A stretch of 64,000 nucleotides of DNA, taken from contig JBBIIY010000002.1 in assembly GCA_037446255.1 (NCBI GenBank), positions 1,353 through 65,352 of the forward strand, read 5' to 3'. The notes under the pieces are model-generated. The model was not told the origin of the DNA, made no database searches, and saw nothing but the letters and a program-made list of their open reading frames with translations. Shown here piece by piece: positions 46,428 to 57,283 of this stretch. Origin of the DNA: Coprothermobacterota bacterium (GTDB lineage Bacteria; Coprothermobacterota; HKB111). Position 1 is the stretch's first letter; the number at the start of each line of letters is the position of its first letter. The translations under genes were made by a program, and so were the position numbers.

Positions 46428-47862
46428 GCCTTTAACAACTGCTCTTCTCATAAATCCTCCTACAGGTAAATACATAAGAGGTGAGGATCGTTGTCAGGTT
46501 CCAGTGGAGGATTTAACTGCTACTGTTTCCAGAATGCCTCTTGACCTTGCTTATATTGCTGCTGGGTTGGTAAAAGAAGGGTTTAGAACCTATATAAGAG
46601 ATTATCCTGCAGAAGAAAAGGATGTGACAGATTTTTATTTTGATCTACTAACTTTAAAACCAGATTTACTTTTGGTAAGTGCAACTATGTTTACTCTATA
46701 TTCAGATTTATCATTTTTAAAATTGGCAAAAATTAATTTACCCGAATTGCAAACTATAATTAAAGGTGTGAGCGCTCAGCACTGGAAAGAACAACTTCTA
46801 TCTACTCATCCAGAAGTTGATATGGTACTTTCTGGAGAGTATGAATTAACCATTCCCTGGCTCTATAAAGATATTTCGTGGAATAAAATCCCAGGTCTTT
46901 CCTTTAGACTGGGAAACGAAATTTATTTAAGCGAAAACGAACCTATAATTTCTGATCTTGATTCTTTGCCTTTTCCTGCAAGAAGTCTCCTTAACAATAA
47001 ACTTTATATAAGACCTGACACTGGTGAGCCCATGACAACTATACAAACCAGCAGGGGGTGTCCTTACCAATGTATTTACTGCCTGGCATCAATCGTATCG
47101 GGAAATAAAGTTAGATATAGATCCCCTGCAAATATTGTTGATGAAATTGAAATCTGCGTTAGGGAACACCATATATCCAACTTTTTTTTCCGGGCTGACA
47201 CCTTTACCTTAAATAAAAAGTGGGTTAACGAGATAATCACCGAGCTTAATAAGCGCCAGCTAAAAATTAACTATGCTACCAACTCCAGGGTGGACACTAT
47301 AAATGAAGAGCTTATTCAATTACTTAAGGCATCTGGGTGTTTTCTTGTATCATTAGGTATTGAAAGCGGATGTGAAAAATCACTGGAATTAATGAAGAAA
47401 GGAACAACTTTAAACCAGGGCATAGAAGCAGTGAGGCTTTTAAAAAAATATGGAATTAAAACCTATCTTTTTTTTATGATTGGATTCCCCTGGGAAAAAA
47501 AAGAAGATATTGACAGTACCATAAAATATTCTCTCGTTCTGGATGGAGATTTTGTTGAATTTCATATACCGGTTCCCTTTGAAAAAACTCAGTTAAGGGA
47601 AATGATGGAAAAGGAGAATCTTTTAGTAAATAATGATTCTCTTCCCTCTTCTTCTTATGCTTCCAGTCATGCAATTCCGGCTATTGCGACCAAATTCCTC
47701 TCTACCAATGAATTATTGAGAATGAGAAAAAAAGCCATCATTAAATTTTATCTAAGACCAAAATATATCTTAAGAACTTTATTTAAGTCCCGAAGTTTAA
47801 AAGAAATTATTAATTATGTAAAATATGGTTACCGTAGAATTATCATGCTATTGGTAAAATAA
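46417..47862 (+). CDS. B12-binding-domain radical SAM protein
   Basis: PLDLAYIA, SRGCPYQCIYC (CxxxCxxC), GIESG, FMIGFP. Confidence 0.9.
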   Translation: MKNKPLTTALLINPPTGKYIRGEDRCQVPVEDLTATVSRMPLDLAYIAAGLVKEGFRTYIRDYPAEEKDVTDFYFDLLTLKPDLLLVSATMFTLYSDLSFLKLAKINLPELQTIIKGVSAQHWKEQLLSTHPEVDMVLSGEYELTIPWLYKDISWNKIPGLSFRLGNEIYLSENEPIISDLDSLPFPARSLLNNKLYIRPDTGEPMTTIQTSRGCPYQCIYCLASIVSGNKVRYRSPANIVDEIEICVREHHISNFFFRADTFTLNKKWVNEIITELNKRQLKINYATNSRVDTINEELIQLLKASGCFLVSLGIESGCEKSLELMKKGTTLNQGIEAVRLLKKYGIKTYLFFMIGFPWEKKEDIDSTIKYSLVLDGDFVEFHIPVPFEKTQLREMMEKENLLVNNDSLPSSSYASSHAIPAIATKFLSTNELLRMRKKAIIKFYLRPKYILRTLFKSRSLKEIINYVKYGYRRIIMLLVK

Positions 47863-47914
47863 CCTTACAATATGCATATTATGAATTTTAGTGATATTAT
47901 ATATAAATTAGTTT

Positions 47915-49252
47915 ATGGATTTAACAAGCAAAGTTAAAAGTAGTCTAAAACCTTACCAATTGGTTGTATTGAGTTACCTGGCTATTATTTTAGCTGGATC
48001 TCTTCTTCTTTACCTACCCATTTCCAGCCTAAAACCAACCACCTATATTACAGCACTATGGACAGCAACTTCTGCAACCTGCGTTACAGGACTTGTTGTC
48101 GTAGACACCGGCACACACTATAGTACTTTTGGCCAAACCATCATCCTCTTGCTTATTCAAATTGGCGGATTAGGTTATATGACAGCTATGACTATGATAG
48201 CACTGCTTTTAGGAAGAAAAATTTCTATTTTTGATAGAACCATGCTATCTGATACTTTAAATTTGTACTCTATTCAGGGTGCAGTTAAATTAGTTAAGTT
48301 AATTGCATTCTTTGTTTTAGGATTTGAAATAGCCGGTGCACTTTTATTATCTATAAGATTTATCCCCAGGTTTGGATATATTAATGGTTTATGGAAAAGC
48401 TTATTTCACTCAGTTTCAGCCTTTAATAATGCTGGTTTTGACATAATGGGAAACTTTAAGAGCCTTACTGAGTTTGTTTCAGACCCTTTTGTAACTTTAG
48501 TGATATCTATCCTGATAATAATTGGTGGAATAGGTTTTATTACTATATCTGAAATCATTCTCCATAGAAAAAATGGTGTTATGAGCCTTCACACTAAAAT
48601 GGTAATACGAACAACGGCATTGTTGCTAATTTTGGCTACTTTGTTAGTCTTGCTATTGGAATTCAATAACCCTAAAACACTGGGAAACTTAAATATATTT
48701 GATAAAATATTAGCTTCTTTTTTTCAGGCGGTAACTCCGAGAACTGCTGGTTTTAACACTATTGATACTACGAGTTTATTACCTGCAACCTCTTTTTTAA
48801 TAATTTTTTTGATGTTCATTGGTGCTTCGCCGGGAGGGACTGGTGGTGGGGTAAAAACAACTACTTTTGCTATAATGATAGCTTATATTCTGTCCATTGT
48901 AAAAAGAGAAGAAAAGACAGTAATTATGAACAGGAGCATCCCCTCTTCCACAATTAGAAAAACAATAGCAATTATATTAATTGCTTTTATTTTAGTATAT
49001 ATTTCTACCTTTGCCCTGCTCTCCACTTTAGAAGCCTCACTTTTAGATATAATATTTGAAACAACTTCAGCTTTTGGAACCGTAGGTCTATCTAGGGGGT
49101 TAACTACGAATCTTGATTTTACTGGTAAAATAATTCTAATGTTTACTATGATTGCTGGTAGAGTAGGTCCCTTAGCTCTTTTACTTTCTCTGGTAGTTAA
49201 AGTAAAACAAACAGTAATATCTTATCCTGAAGAAAAGGTTAGTGTAGGATAA
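47915..49252 (+). CDS. ktrB: Potassium uptake membrane subunit KtrB/TrkH
   Basis: Pore loops SATCVTGL, SAFNNAGF, PRTAGF, SAFGTVGLS. Confidence 0.9.
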   Translation: MDLTSKVKSSLKPYQLVVLSYLAIILAGSLLLYLPISSLKPTTYITALWTATSATCVTGLVVVDTGTHYSTFGQTIILLLIQIGGLGYMTAMTMIALLLGRKISIFDRTMLSDTLNLYSIQGAVKLVKLIAFFVLGFEIAGALLLSIRFIPRFGYINGLWKSLFHSVSAFNNAGFDIMGNFKSLTEFVSDPFVTLVISILIIIGGIGFITISEIILHRKNGVMSLHTKMVIRTTALLLILATLLVLLLEFNNPKTLGNLNIFDKILASFFQAVTPRTAGFNTIDTTSLLPATSFLIIFLMFIGASPGGTGGGVKTTTFAIMIAYILSIVKREEKTVIMNRSIPSSTIRKTIAIILIAFILVYISTFALLSTLEASLLDIIFETTSAFGTVGLSRGLTTNLDFTGKIILMFTMIAGRVGPLALLLSLVVKVKQTVISYPEEKVSVG

Positions 49253-49262
49253 AGGAGGATTA

Positions 49263-49913
49263 ATGAGTCGTTTACAATGTGGAGTGATCGGTCTGGGAAG
49301 ATTTGGTACAGCAGTAGCTACAACTTTATTAAACCTTGGTGCAGATGTAATAGTACTTGATAAAACAGAAGAAAGAGCTGAAAACTTTAGAACTACCCCT
49401 GCTATAGCTATCGCTGGAGATGCAACCAATGAATTTGCTCTTAGGGAAGCTGGTATACCAAATTGCGATACAGTTATTGTAGCTATAGGAAAAGATATTG
49501 AAGCAAGCATTCTTATCACCGCTCTTTTGAAGGAGATCGGTATTCCCCTGATTATTGCCAAAGCTAATGATGAGCTTCATGGAAGAGTTTTAGCAAAAAT
49601 TGGAGCTCATAAAATCATATTTCCTGAAAGAGATATGGGCATAAGAACTGCTTATTCTTTAATTACATCAAACATATTGGATGTTCTGGAGTTGTCTAAA
49701 GATTTAAGTATCGCTGAGATTAAAACACCTAACAACATTAAAGGAAAAACCTTAAAAGATAGTAAGTTGAGAGAAAGAGATAAGGTTAATTTATTAGCTA
49801 TAAAACGGAATGGCAAAATAATCGTCAATCCTGAACCAGAAGAAACAATTCAAACGGATGATACTCTGATAATTGTCGGTAAAGTTGGAAATATTCAGAG
49901 AATTCAAAAGTAA
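49263..49913 (+). CDS. ktrA: Potassium uptake regulatory subunit KtrA/TrkA
   Basis: GLGRFG RCK_N, FPERDMG, RCK_C domain. Confidence 0.9.
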   Translation: MSRLQCGVIGLGRFGTAVATTLLNLGADVIVLDKTEERAENFRTTPAIAIAGDATNEFALREAGIPNCDTVIVAIGKDIEASILITALLKEIGIPLIIAKANDELHGRVLAKIGAHKIIFPERDMGIRTAYSLITSNILDVLELSKDLSIAEIKTPNNIKGKTLKDSKLRERDKVNLLAIKRNGKIIVNPEPEETIQTDDTLIIVGKVGNIQRIQK

Positions 49914-49947
49914 GAAGGCTGAGATGTTGCTTGTTAATTTTGATTTA

Positions 49948-50541
49948 TCAGGGCTCGGGGATACTTTCCTTTTCCCAGATTTTACCCTCTAATCTGTTAA
50001 TTATCATTAACCAAGGGCTGGGAAGCGACATTACCGGTGTCAATATCCAGGTTAATCCGACATCTCCTTTAAAATACTTTTCATTACCAAAAAAAGCCCT
50101 TTTAATTTCTTGATAAGAAAGTTTCTCTTTATCATCAATAATCTCATAGAGATATTCAATCCTTTTTAATATATCAGGATCCTGCCAGCGCACTAAAGAT
50201 GCTAAATATTGAATAAAATTTTCTAGCCATATTTGAAAGAATTCACTATTCTCTTCATTTTCCAATAATTTCTTTAGAGTTTCAAAAACATCTCTGGGGT
50301 TTTTGTCAAAAAAGGATTTGATCATTCCTATGGACCATAATGGCAACTCTTTTATTTTAGGATTAAGTATTTTCCAAATACCTTCCTGGATATGTATAGA
50401 AGATTCTTCATCATTTTCAGTTAATAAATAATTTATAATATCCTGTATTTCTTTGGTGGATACAGAGAAAAAAGTCCTCAAAAAACGGATCACATTAAAT
50501 ATTGAATTTATATTTTCATCAAACTCTGTTTTCACAATCAT
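49948..50541 (-). CDS. Hypothetical protein
   Basis: 197-aa ORF directly downstream of pyrG with GAGG RBS; no family recognised. Confidence 0.65.
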   Translation of the reverse strand: MIVKTEFDENINSIFNVIRFLRTFFSVSTKEIQDIINYLLTENDEESSIHIQEGIWKILNPKIKELPLWSIGMIKSFFDKNPRDVFETLKKLLENEENSEFFQIWLENFIQYLASLVRWQDPDILKRIEYLYEIIDDKEKLSYQEIKRAFFGNEKYFKGDVGLTWILTPVMSLPSPWLMIINRLEGKIWEKESIPEP

Positions 50542-50552
50542 TTTAGCCTCGT

Positions 50553-52151
50553 TTATTTATATTTATGATTAATAGCATTTTCTATAAATCCAGAAAACAA
50601 GGGGTGTGGTTGAGTAGGTCTTGAAGCAAATTCAGGGTGAAATTGAGTTGCCATAAAGAAAGGATGATCACTAATTTCTAAAATTTCAGCTAAATTATTA
50701 TGCCATCCGGAAAAAATTAAGCCATTATTTTCTAGAATATTTACAAAATCAGGATTTACCTCATACCTATGCCTATGTCTTTCTAAAACAAACTGTTTCT
50801 GGTAAAGCTGTATTGCCCGGGTATTATTTTTTAAATCAGCTCTGTAAGCACCTAATCTCATACTTCCACCTGTTCCAACTACTGTTTCCTGTCCGGGTAC
50901 CAGGTCAACAACTTTGTAACTGCTATTTTCATCAAACTCGCTACTATGTGCTCCTACTAGTCCGCAGCAGGCACGAGCAAACTCAATAACAGCTAACTGC
51001 ATCCCCAGACATAAGCCAAGAAAAGGTATTCGGTTTTTTCTAGCATAACTTATAGCATTAATTTTTCCTTCAATACCTCTTGCTCCAAATCCACCAGGAA
51101 CAATTATTCCGTCTGAGTTTTTCAAAATAATTTCATAATCAGGTGTATCCAGAATTTCTGAAGGAACATATTTTATTTTTAGATTGTTTGAGAGGTGTAT
51201 AGAAGCATGTTTTAAAGCTTCAACAACACTTAAATAAGCATCTTTTATCGTAACATATTTTCCAACAAGTACAATTTCTATTTCACTTGAGGTATTCTGG
51301 GATTTATCAACAATATCTTTCCAAATTTTTAAATCAGCTGACCCGTTTGGACAGTTTAATCTTTCCTGAATTATTGCTCCGAGTCCGGTATCTTCAAGAC
51401 AGATCGGCGCTCTATATATAGTGTCTAAATCAGGCACATCTATAACAGCTTCTATGGGTACATCGCAAAAAAGCGACATTTTTTCTTTATGTTCTGCTGG
51501 TATAGGTCTTTCTGAGCGAGCTATCAACACTTCAGGTTGAATCCCTATGCTCCTGAGTTCTTTCACGCTATGTTGAGTAGGCTTTGTTTTAAATTCCTGA
51601 GCTGCTTTTAAATATGGAATATAGGTTACATGAACATTAAGGCTATTACCGTGACCCATTTCTCTTTTTAATTGCCTGATAGCTTCAAGAAACGGAAGCC
51701 CTTCAATATCACCAACAGTACCGCCAATTTCAACCAAGACTATTTGAGCATTATCCTTTTCCGCTACCATGGTAATCCGTTTCTTAATTTCGTCTGTAAT
51801 ATGGGGAACAACCTGAACGGTTCCACCGAGATACTCTCCCCTTCTCTCGCGGGATATTACAGTTTCGTAAACCGTTCCTGTAGTAACATTATTATACTTA
51901 TGAAGATTTATATCAATAAATCTTTCATAGTGACCTAAATCCAGGTCGGTTTCTGCTCCATCCACAGTGACAAAAACTTCACCATGCTGATAGGGGTTCA
52001 TAGTTCCAGCATCAACATTTATATAGGGATCAAACTTCACTGCAGTTACATTCAAACCACGGCTCTTTAAAATTCTACCTATTGCTGATGTAGTAATACC
52101 TTTACCTAATGATGAGGCTACTCCTCCGGTAATGAAAATATACTTAGGCAT
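50553..52151 (-). CDS. pyrG: CTP synthase
   Basis: GGVASSLGKG, DPYINVDAGTM, KTKPTQ, GLCLGMQ, QFHPE. Confidence 0.98.
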   Translation of the reverse strand: MPKYIFITGGVASSLGKGITTSAIGRILKSRGLNVTAVKFDPYINVDAGTMNPYQHGEVFVTVDGAETDLDLGHYERFIDINLHKYNNVTTGTVYETVISRERRGEYLGGTVQVVPHITDEIKKRITMVAEKDNAQIVLVEIGGTVGDIEGLPFLEAIRQLKREMGHGNSLNVHVTYIPYLKAAQEFKTKPTQHSVKELRSIGIQPEVLIARSERPIPAEHKEKMSLFCDVPIEAVIDVPDLDTIYRAPICLEDTGLGAIIQERLNCPNGSADLKIWKDIVDKSQNTSSEIEIVLVGKYVTIKDAYLSVVEALKHASIHLSNNLKIKYVPSEILDTPDYEIILKNSDGIIVPGGFGARGIEGKINAISYARKNRIPFLGLCLGMQLAVIEFARACCGLVGAHSSEFDENSSYKVVDLVPGQETVVGTGGSMRLGAYRADLKNNTRAIQLYQKQFVLERHRHRYEVNPDFVNILENNGLIFSGWHNNLAEILEISDHPFFMATQFHPEFASRPTQPHPLFSGFIENAINHKYK

Positions 52152-52152
52152 T

Positions 52153-53805
52153 TTACATTTCCTCTACTTTAGTGATTCCCATAAGGTTTAGTACTAATTC
52201 TAAAGCATATCTGGTACCAATAACCAAATGGAGTCTTGATTGTTCTAATTCTGCATTTTCTCCGATTACTTTATGCAGTTGATAAAATTCATGAAAAGCT
52301 TCAGCCAACTTTCTGGAAGTTGTAGCTAAACGATGTGGAGTTCTCTTTATTCCAGCGAGTAAAATCTCATCTTGTAAAATTGACAATAATCTCAACAACC
52401 TGAGCTCAGTATTAGAAGATAACAAATCATAATTAACATCATCTGCTTTTCTTATTCTTATGCCTTTGATAAGGGCTTGTTTTAAAATACTACCTGCTCT
52501 GACATATGCATATTGAATATAAAAAACCGGGTTATCCATTGACTCTTTAAGGGCAAGGTCAAGGTCAAAATCCAGAGGACTATTACTGCTCCTGGTAAGA
52601 TAAATATATCGTGCGACATCTTTACCTACCTCTTCTATAAGTTCTCTTAAGGTTATAAATTCGCCCGACCTCTTAGACATAAGAATTTCTTTGCCTTTAG
52701 ATATTAACCTTACTAGCTGAATTAAAATAACCTCAAATCTATCCGGATCTATATTTAGACTTTTCAGAGAATTTTTAATCCTCGTAACATGATTATGATG
52801 ATCTGCGCCCCATACATCAATTACAATATCAAACCCCCTTTTAACAAATTTTTCGTAGTGGTAGGCGATATCTTTAATAAAATAAGTAAGAGACTTATCT
52901 GACTTAACCAGAACTCGATCTTTATCATCACCGAGATCAGTTGAGGTAAACCAGATAGCACCATCTTTCTCTTCAAGATAGCCATTTTTCTTAAGCATAA
53001 TTAAAACCTCATCAACCAACCCAGAATCCACCAGATATTTTTCTTTGAAATAATTATCATGGTTAATATTAAGGAGAGAGAGGACTTCTTTATGATCCCT
53101 AATCATTTCTCCTACTGCATAATCCATTAAAAAGCCAACCCGTTTATTTTTAATTTGATAATCTAAAGAATGATTGTTCATAATATTTCGAGCCAAATCA
53201 ATGACATAAGTACCATGATAACCATCTAAAGGAAATTCAATTTTCTTCCCCATAAGTTCATCATATCTGGCTTCTATGGATTCAGCAAACTTTTCAATTT
53301 GCCCTCCGGTATCATTAACATAGTATTCTTTTTGTACTTCATAACCAAGATGTTCCAGTATTCTCGCAGTGACATCTCCGATTACTGCGCCTCTTCCATG
53401 CGCTATATGCAAAGGACCGGTGGGGTTGGCAGAAACAAACTCCAACTGCACTTTCTTCCCTTCCCCTATCTTTAATCTGGCAAAGTAATCATTTTCTATG
53501 ATTTGTTTTAAAACTTCAAAGTAGTAACTTTTTTTTAGATAGAAGTTGATAAAACCAGGTTGAGCAACTTTAATATCCTTAAATTGCTTGGAAAATTCAG
53601 ATTTAATTATAAATTCCTTGAGCATGTTTGCTAATTCTAAAGAAGAATAAGATAAAAGAGAAGATAATTTTAAGGGGGTAGGTGTAGAAAAATCTCCATG
53701 TTCTTCTCTCAAAGGTATTTCCACCTCTATTTGCCCGGGTTCTATAGAAAAATGATTGATAAAGCAATATTTAATAAATTCTTCTATCTGTTTTCGCAAT
53801 ATCAA
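52153..53805 (-). CDS. argS: Arginyl-tRNA synthetase
   Basis: SANPTGPLHIAHGR, GADH, MSKRSG, YIQYA. Confidence 0.97.
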   Translation of the reverse strand: MILRKQIEEFIKYCFINHFSIEPGQIEVEIPLREEHGDFSTPTPLKLSSLLSYSSLELANMLKEFIIKSEFSKQFKDIKVAQPGFINFYLKKSYYFEVLKQIIENDYFARLKIGEGKKVQLEFVSANPTGPLHIAHGRGAVIGDVTARILEHLGYEVQKEYYVNDTGGQIEKFAESIEARYDELMGKKIEFPLDGYHGTYVIDLARNIMNNHSLDYQIKNKRVGFLMDYAVGEMIRDHKEVLSLLNINHDNYFKEKYLVDSGLVDEVLIMLKKNGYLEEKDGAIWFTSTDLGDDKDRVLVKSDKSLTYFIKDIAYHYEKFVKRGFDIVIDVWGADHHNHVTRIKNSLKSLNIDPDRFEVILIQLVRLISKGKEILMSKRSGEFITLRELIEEVGKDVARYIYLTRSSNSPLDFDLDLALKESMDNPVFYIQYAYVRAGSILKQALIKGIRIRKADDVNYDLLSSNTELRLLRLLSILQDEILLAGIKRTPHRLATTSRKLAEAFHEFYQLHKVIGENAELEQSRLHLVIGTRYALELVLNLMGITKVEEM

Positions 53806-54488
53806 CTCCTGGTTATTTTAAATAAATTGTCTAAAAACAACTGTTCTGAAACAGCTCCTTCAATTTCAACTTTATCATTAATTACAGTTTTAGGTACACC
53901 AAACACACTATACTTATCGGCTAGATAGGGAAATTCGGTAGCTTCAATAATGTGTGCTGAAATTTGAGGGAACTCCATAGCAAATTGATAGGCTAAAGAC
54001 ACCATACGGGTGCAATAAGGGCAGGTAGGCGTTACAAAAACTTGTATCAGTATTTGTTCTTTTATCGTACCCAGAAACTCAGATAATTTCATCTTAGTTG
54101 TTTCTTGTAGCCGGGTTTTTTCTTGAGAAACCATTACTAAGGTTTCCACAAAAGCAGAGAATTCATAACCTGAGGGTATTCCGAAAAATCTTAAACCTAA
54201 ATCTTTCTCGTTTTTGATTATAGTTGCTGGGATTTTATCTATGTTATAACTCTGGGCAATATCTGCATTTCCTAATAAATCATATATTTCTAATTGAATT
54301 TTGTCAGATAAAGAAGATATTTCTTTTAATATTTCTTCGGTTTCTCTACAATACATGCATTCAGGTCTTCCAGGTACGATAATATTTCCCTTCCCCTGTG
54401 TGAAATATATCAGGTGAACTTTTTGTTTTAACTCTTTTTCAAATAATGTTTTTAACTGTTTTTTATCTCTTTCAGACAAAAGTTCCAT
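53802..54488 (-). CDS. Protein disulfide oxidoreductase (two thioredoxin units, AhpF-NTD/PDO type)
   Basis: CMYC and CPYC, GIPSGYEF, GVPKT. Confidence 0.9.
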   Translation of the reverse strand: MELLSERDKKQLKTLFEKELKQKVHLIYFTQGKGNIIVPGRPECMYCRETEEILKEISSLSDKIQLEIYDLLGNADIAQSYNIDKIPATIIKNEKDLGLRFFGIPSGYEFSAFVETLVMVSQEKTRLQETTKMKLSEFLGTIKEQILIQVFVTPTCPYCTRMVSLAYQFAMEFPQISAHIIEATEFPYLADKYSVFGVPKTVINDKVEIEGAVSEQLFLDNLFKITRS

Positions 54489-54509
54489 AGCAACTCTCCT
54501 CTATAAATT

Positions 54510-54800
54510 TTAAACTATTCCACTAAATTGAGGGTTTGTGATACCTTTAAAAGAAGGTATTGGTCCAAAACTTGACTCATATTGTTTGATGTTTTCTTCT
54601 AATACAATCAGAAAAGCTTTAGCATGGGCCGGACTCATAATGACTCTAGAAAATATTTCCATTTCGGGGTCCTCGGGTAAGGCCTGCCCAAAATCAACTA
54701 AAAAATCAAATGGAGTATGTGAAACTCTAACAAAATTTGAGTATTTACCATTTTTAATTTCGGGATTTATTTTCATTCCTGGCATTTTGTTTTTTTCCAT
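54510..54800 (-). CDS. DUF3467-like protein
   Basis: GKYSN...HTPFDFLVDF...RVIMSPAHAK...YESSFGPI. Confidence 0.8.
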   Translation of the reverse strand: MEKNKMPGMKINPEIKNGKYSNFVRVSHTPFDFLVDFGQALPEDPEMEIFSRVIMSPAHAKAFLIVLEENIKQYESSFGPIPSFKGITNPQFSGIV

Positions 54801-54904
54801 AGAAGGGATTCCTCCATATAGTTTTAATAATATTTGTATATTACCATAAAAGGAGGGTAAAAGTTATACGTGTCTGATAGAATAATTGGAGGTTAATTAA
54901 ATTA

Positions 54905-55456
54905 ATGACAGGGAAGAAAACTGAAATTACTAAACTAGAAAATGAAAAAATTGAATGCTTTAAAGAACTTAAAGACCTTAAAGATAAGTTGGTTGTTTTA
55001 GAAAAAGATTTAGAAGAACTCACATCTAAACATCATAAGGCAATTGAAGATTGGCAGTATACTTTTCAAGTTTTAAAGAGGGATTCTTCAAGGCAAAAAT
55101 CTCTAGCTATAGAACAATTAATACATGATTTAATACCCTTTATAGATTCTTTAGAAGAGGCTATTAAAACTAACAAGGAAGATCATGTCAGCGTTATTGA
55201 AGGAATGACTATGATGCACAAAAACCTTCAAAATACTCTGGAAAAACACGGTCTTATCCGTTATGGTGAAATCGGAGATACTTTTAACCCTGAAAAACAT
55301 GAAGTTCTGTCAATTGACACGCAAAGTGAATACCACCCTAATTCAATTATTAAAATATATAGAAAAGGGTATATATTAGGAAGTACTATATTAAAACCTG
55401 CACTGGTTTCAGTATCAGGAGAATACAAAAAGAATGAAAATAAGGAGGAATTATAA
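54905..55456 (+). CDS. grpE: Nucleotide exchange factor GrpE
   Basis: LIPFIDSLE, FNPEKHE, KGYILG...LKPALV; directly precedes dnaK. Confidence 0.92.
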   Translation: MTGKKTEITKLENEKIECFKELKDLKDKLVVLEKDLEELTSKHHKAIEDWQYTFQVLKRDSSRQKSLAIEQLIHDLIPFIDSLEEAIKTNKEDHVSVIEGMTMMHKNLQNTLEKHGLIRYGEIGDTFNPEKHEVLSIDTQSEYHPNSIIKIYRKGYILGSTILKPALVSVSGEYKKNENKEEL

Positions 55457-57280
55457 ATGGCTAAAATAATTGGAATTGATTTAGGAACTTCAAACTCCTG
55501 CGCAGCAGTGATGCTTGGTGGAAAACCTATGGTTATCCCCAGCGCAGAAGGTGCTACCCTTTATGGAAAGACCGTACCTTCGGTGATTGCTGTTACTAAA
55601 GATGGTCAGATGTTAGTTGGAGAAGCTGCTAAAAGGCAATCTGCCTTAAATCCTGAAGGAACAGCAACAGCAGTTAAAAGAAAAATGGGTACTCGGGATA
55701 AGATTATGCTGGCTGGTAAAGAATATTCTCCAGAACAACTATCATCATTTATACTGCAAAAAATTAAAAGAGATGCTGAAGCATATTTGGGAGAACCTGT
55801 AAGTAAAGCAGTCATTACTGTACCAGCATATTTTAATGATGCTCAAAGACAGGCAACTAAAGATGCCGGTATGATCGCGGGATTAGAAGTGGTAAGATTA
55901 ATCAACGAACCTACAGCTGCAGCTTTTGCCTATGGAATGGATAGAGTTGAAAAAGAACAAAAAATATTAGTTTATGACTTTGGCGGCGGAACTCTGGATG
56001 TAACCATCATGGATTTTGGCGGTGGAGTATTTCAAGTTATTTCTACCTCAGGAGACACCAAGCTTGGTGGAAGCGATATGGATAATCTTCTTTTGCAATA
56101 TGTAATGGAAGAATTCAAAAATGAAACAGGAATTGATGTATCTCGTGATGACATATCTATAATCAGGCTTAAAGAAATGGTAGAAAAAGCAAAAATAGAA
56201 TTATCTACCACTTTATCTACTTCTATTTCACTTCCCTTCTTTACTCAGGATAAACAGGGCAATCCGGTTCATTTAGAGAAGTCCCTTACCCGCACAAAAC
56301 TGGAACAGTTGATTAGACCCATAATAGAAAAAACCAGAATTTCCATTGAGCAAGCACTTAAAGATGCAAATCTTGTACCTCAAGATATAGATAAAGTAAT
56401 TTTAATTGGTGGTCCAACCAGAATGCCAGCTGTACAAAAATTCGTCGTAGACTACCTGAACAAACCCGTAGAAAGGGGTGTTGATCCCATGGAGGCAGTA
56501 GCTTTAGGTGCAGCCATTCAAGCAGGTATTCTTGAAGGCACAGTTAAAGACATTGTATTGGTTGATGTAACGCCTCTTTCCTTAGGATTAGAAACACTTG
56601 GAGGAATTAGAACGGTACTTATAACACGAAACACAGCTGTCCCCTTTAGCAAATCGGAAATTTTTACTACAGCTGCAGACTTTCAAACCCAGGTAGATAT
56701 TCATATTTTACAAGGAGAAAGACCTTTAGCTAAAGATAATCTTTCTTTAGGAAAATTCATACTTGATGGAATTGCTCCAGCGCCACGAGGTATCCCTCAA
56801 ATTGAAGTTACTTTTTCCATTGATGCCAATGGTATATTGAACGTAACAGCTAAAGACAAGGGAACTCAAAAAGAACAGCATATTACGATCTCTCATGCAA
56901 CTAAACTATCTGATGAAGAAATAAAAAAATTACGTGAAGAAGCTGAGAAATATTCTGAGGAAGACCGTATCATGAAAGAAGAAATTGAAACTAGAAATCA
57001 AGCTGATAATATCGTATACACCTCAAAGAAAGCCCTTGAAGATAATAAAGATAAATTACCAGCAGATCTTATTGACGAAGTAAAAATTAAAATTGATGAA
57101 TTGGAAAAAGCTCTTAAAGAGAATGCACCTCAAGTAGAATTAAAATCTAAAATAGATGAGCTTCTTAAAACTGTTAGTAAAATTGGCGAGTCAGTGTACC
57201 AGCAATCATCCCAAAATCAGGATCAGCCCCAAAATGGTGAAACAGGCCCTACTGTCGAAGGGGAAGGAAAAGTAGAATAA
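55457..57280 (+). CDS. dnaK: Chaperone DnaK
   Basis: [34 protein letters not shown]. Confidence 0.98.
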   Translation: MAKIIGIDLGTSNSCAAVMLGGKPMVIPSAEGATLYGKTVPSVIAVTKDGQMLVGEAAKRQSALNPEGTATAVKRKMGTRDKIMLAGKEYSPEQLSSFILQKIKRDAEAYLGEPVSKAVITVPAYFNDAQRQATKDAGMIAGLEVVRLINEPTAAAFAYGMDRVEKEQKILVYDFGGGTLDVTIMDFGGGVFQVISTSGDTKLGGSDMDNLLLQYVMEEFKNETGIDVSRDDISIIRLKEMVEKAKIELSTTLSTSISLPFFTQDKQGNPVHLEKSLTRTKLEQLIRPIIEKTRISIEQALKDANLVPQDIDKVILIGGPTRMPAVQKFVVDYLNKPVERGVDPMEAVALGAAIQAGILEGTVKDIVLVDVTPLSLGLETLGGIRTVLITRNTAVPFSKSEIFTTAADFQTQVDIHILQGERPLAKDNLSLGKFILDGIAPAPRGIPQIEVTFSIDANGILNVTAKDKGTQKEQHITISHATKLSDEEIKKLREEAEKYSEEDRIMKEEIETRNQADNIVYTSKKALEDNKDKLPADLIDEVKIKIDELEKALKENAPQVELKSKIDELLKTVSKIGESVYQQSSQNQDQPQNGETGPTVEGEGKVE

Positions 57281-57283
57281 CTT

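Noticed and set aside
54801-54904. CIRCE element upstream of grpE
   Set aside because: No TTAGCACTC-N9-GAGTGCTAA match was found.
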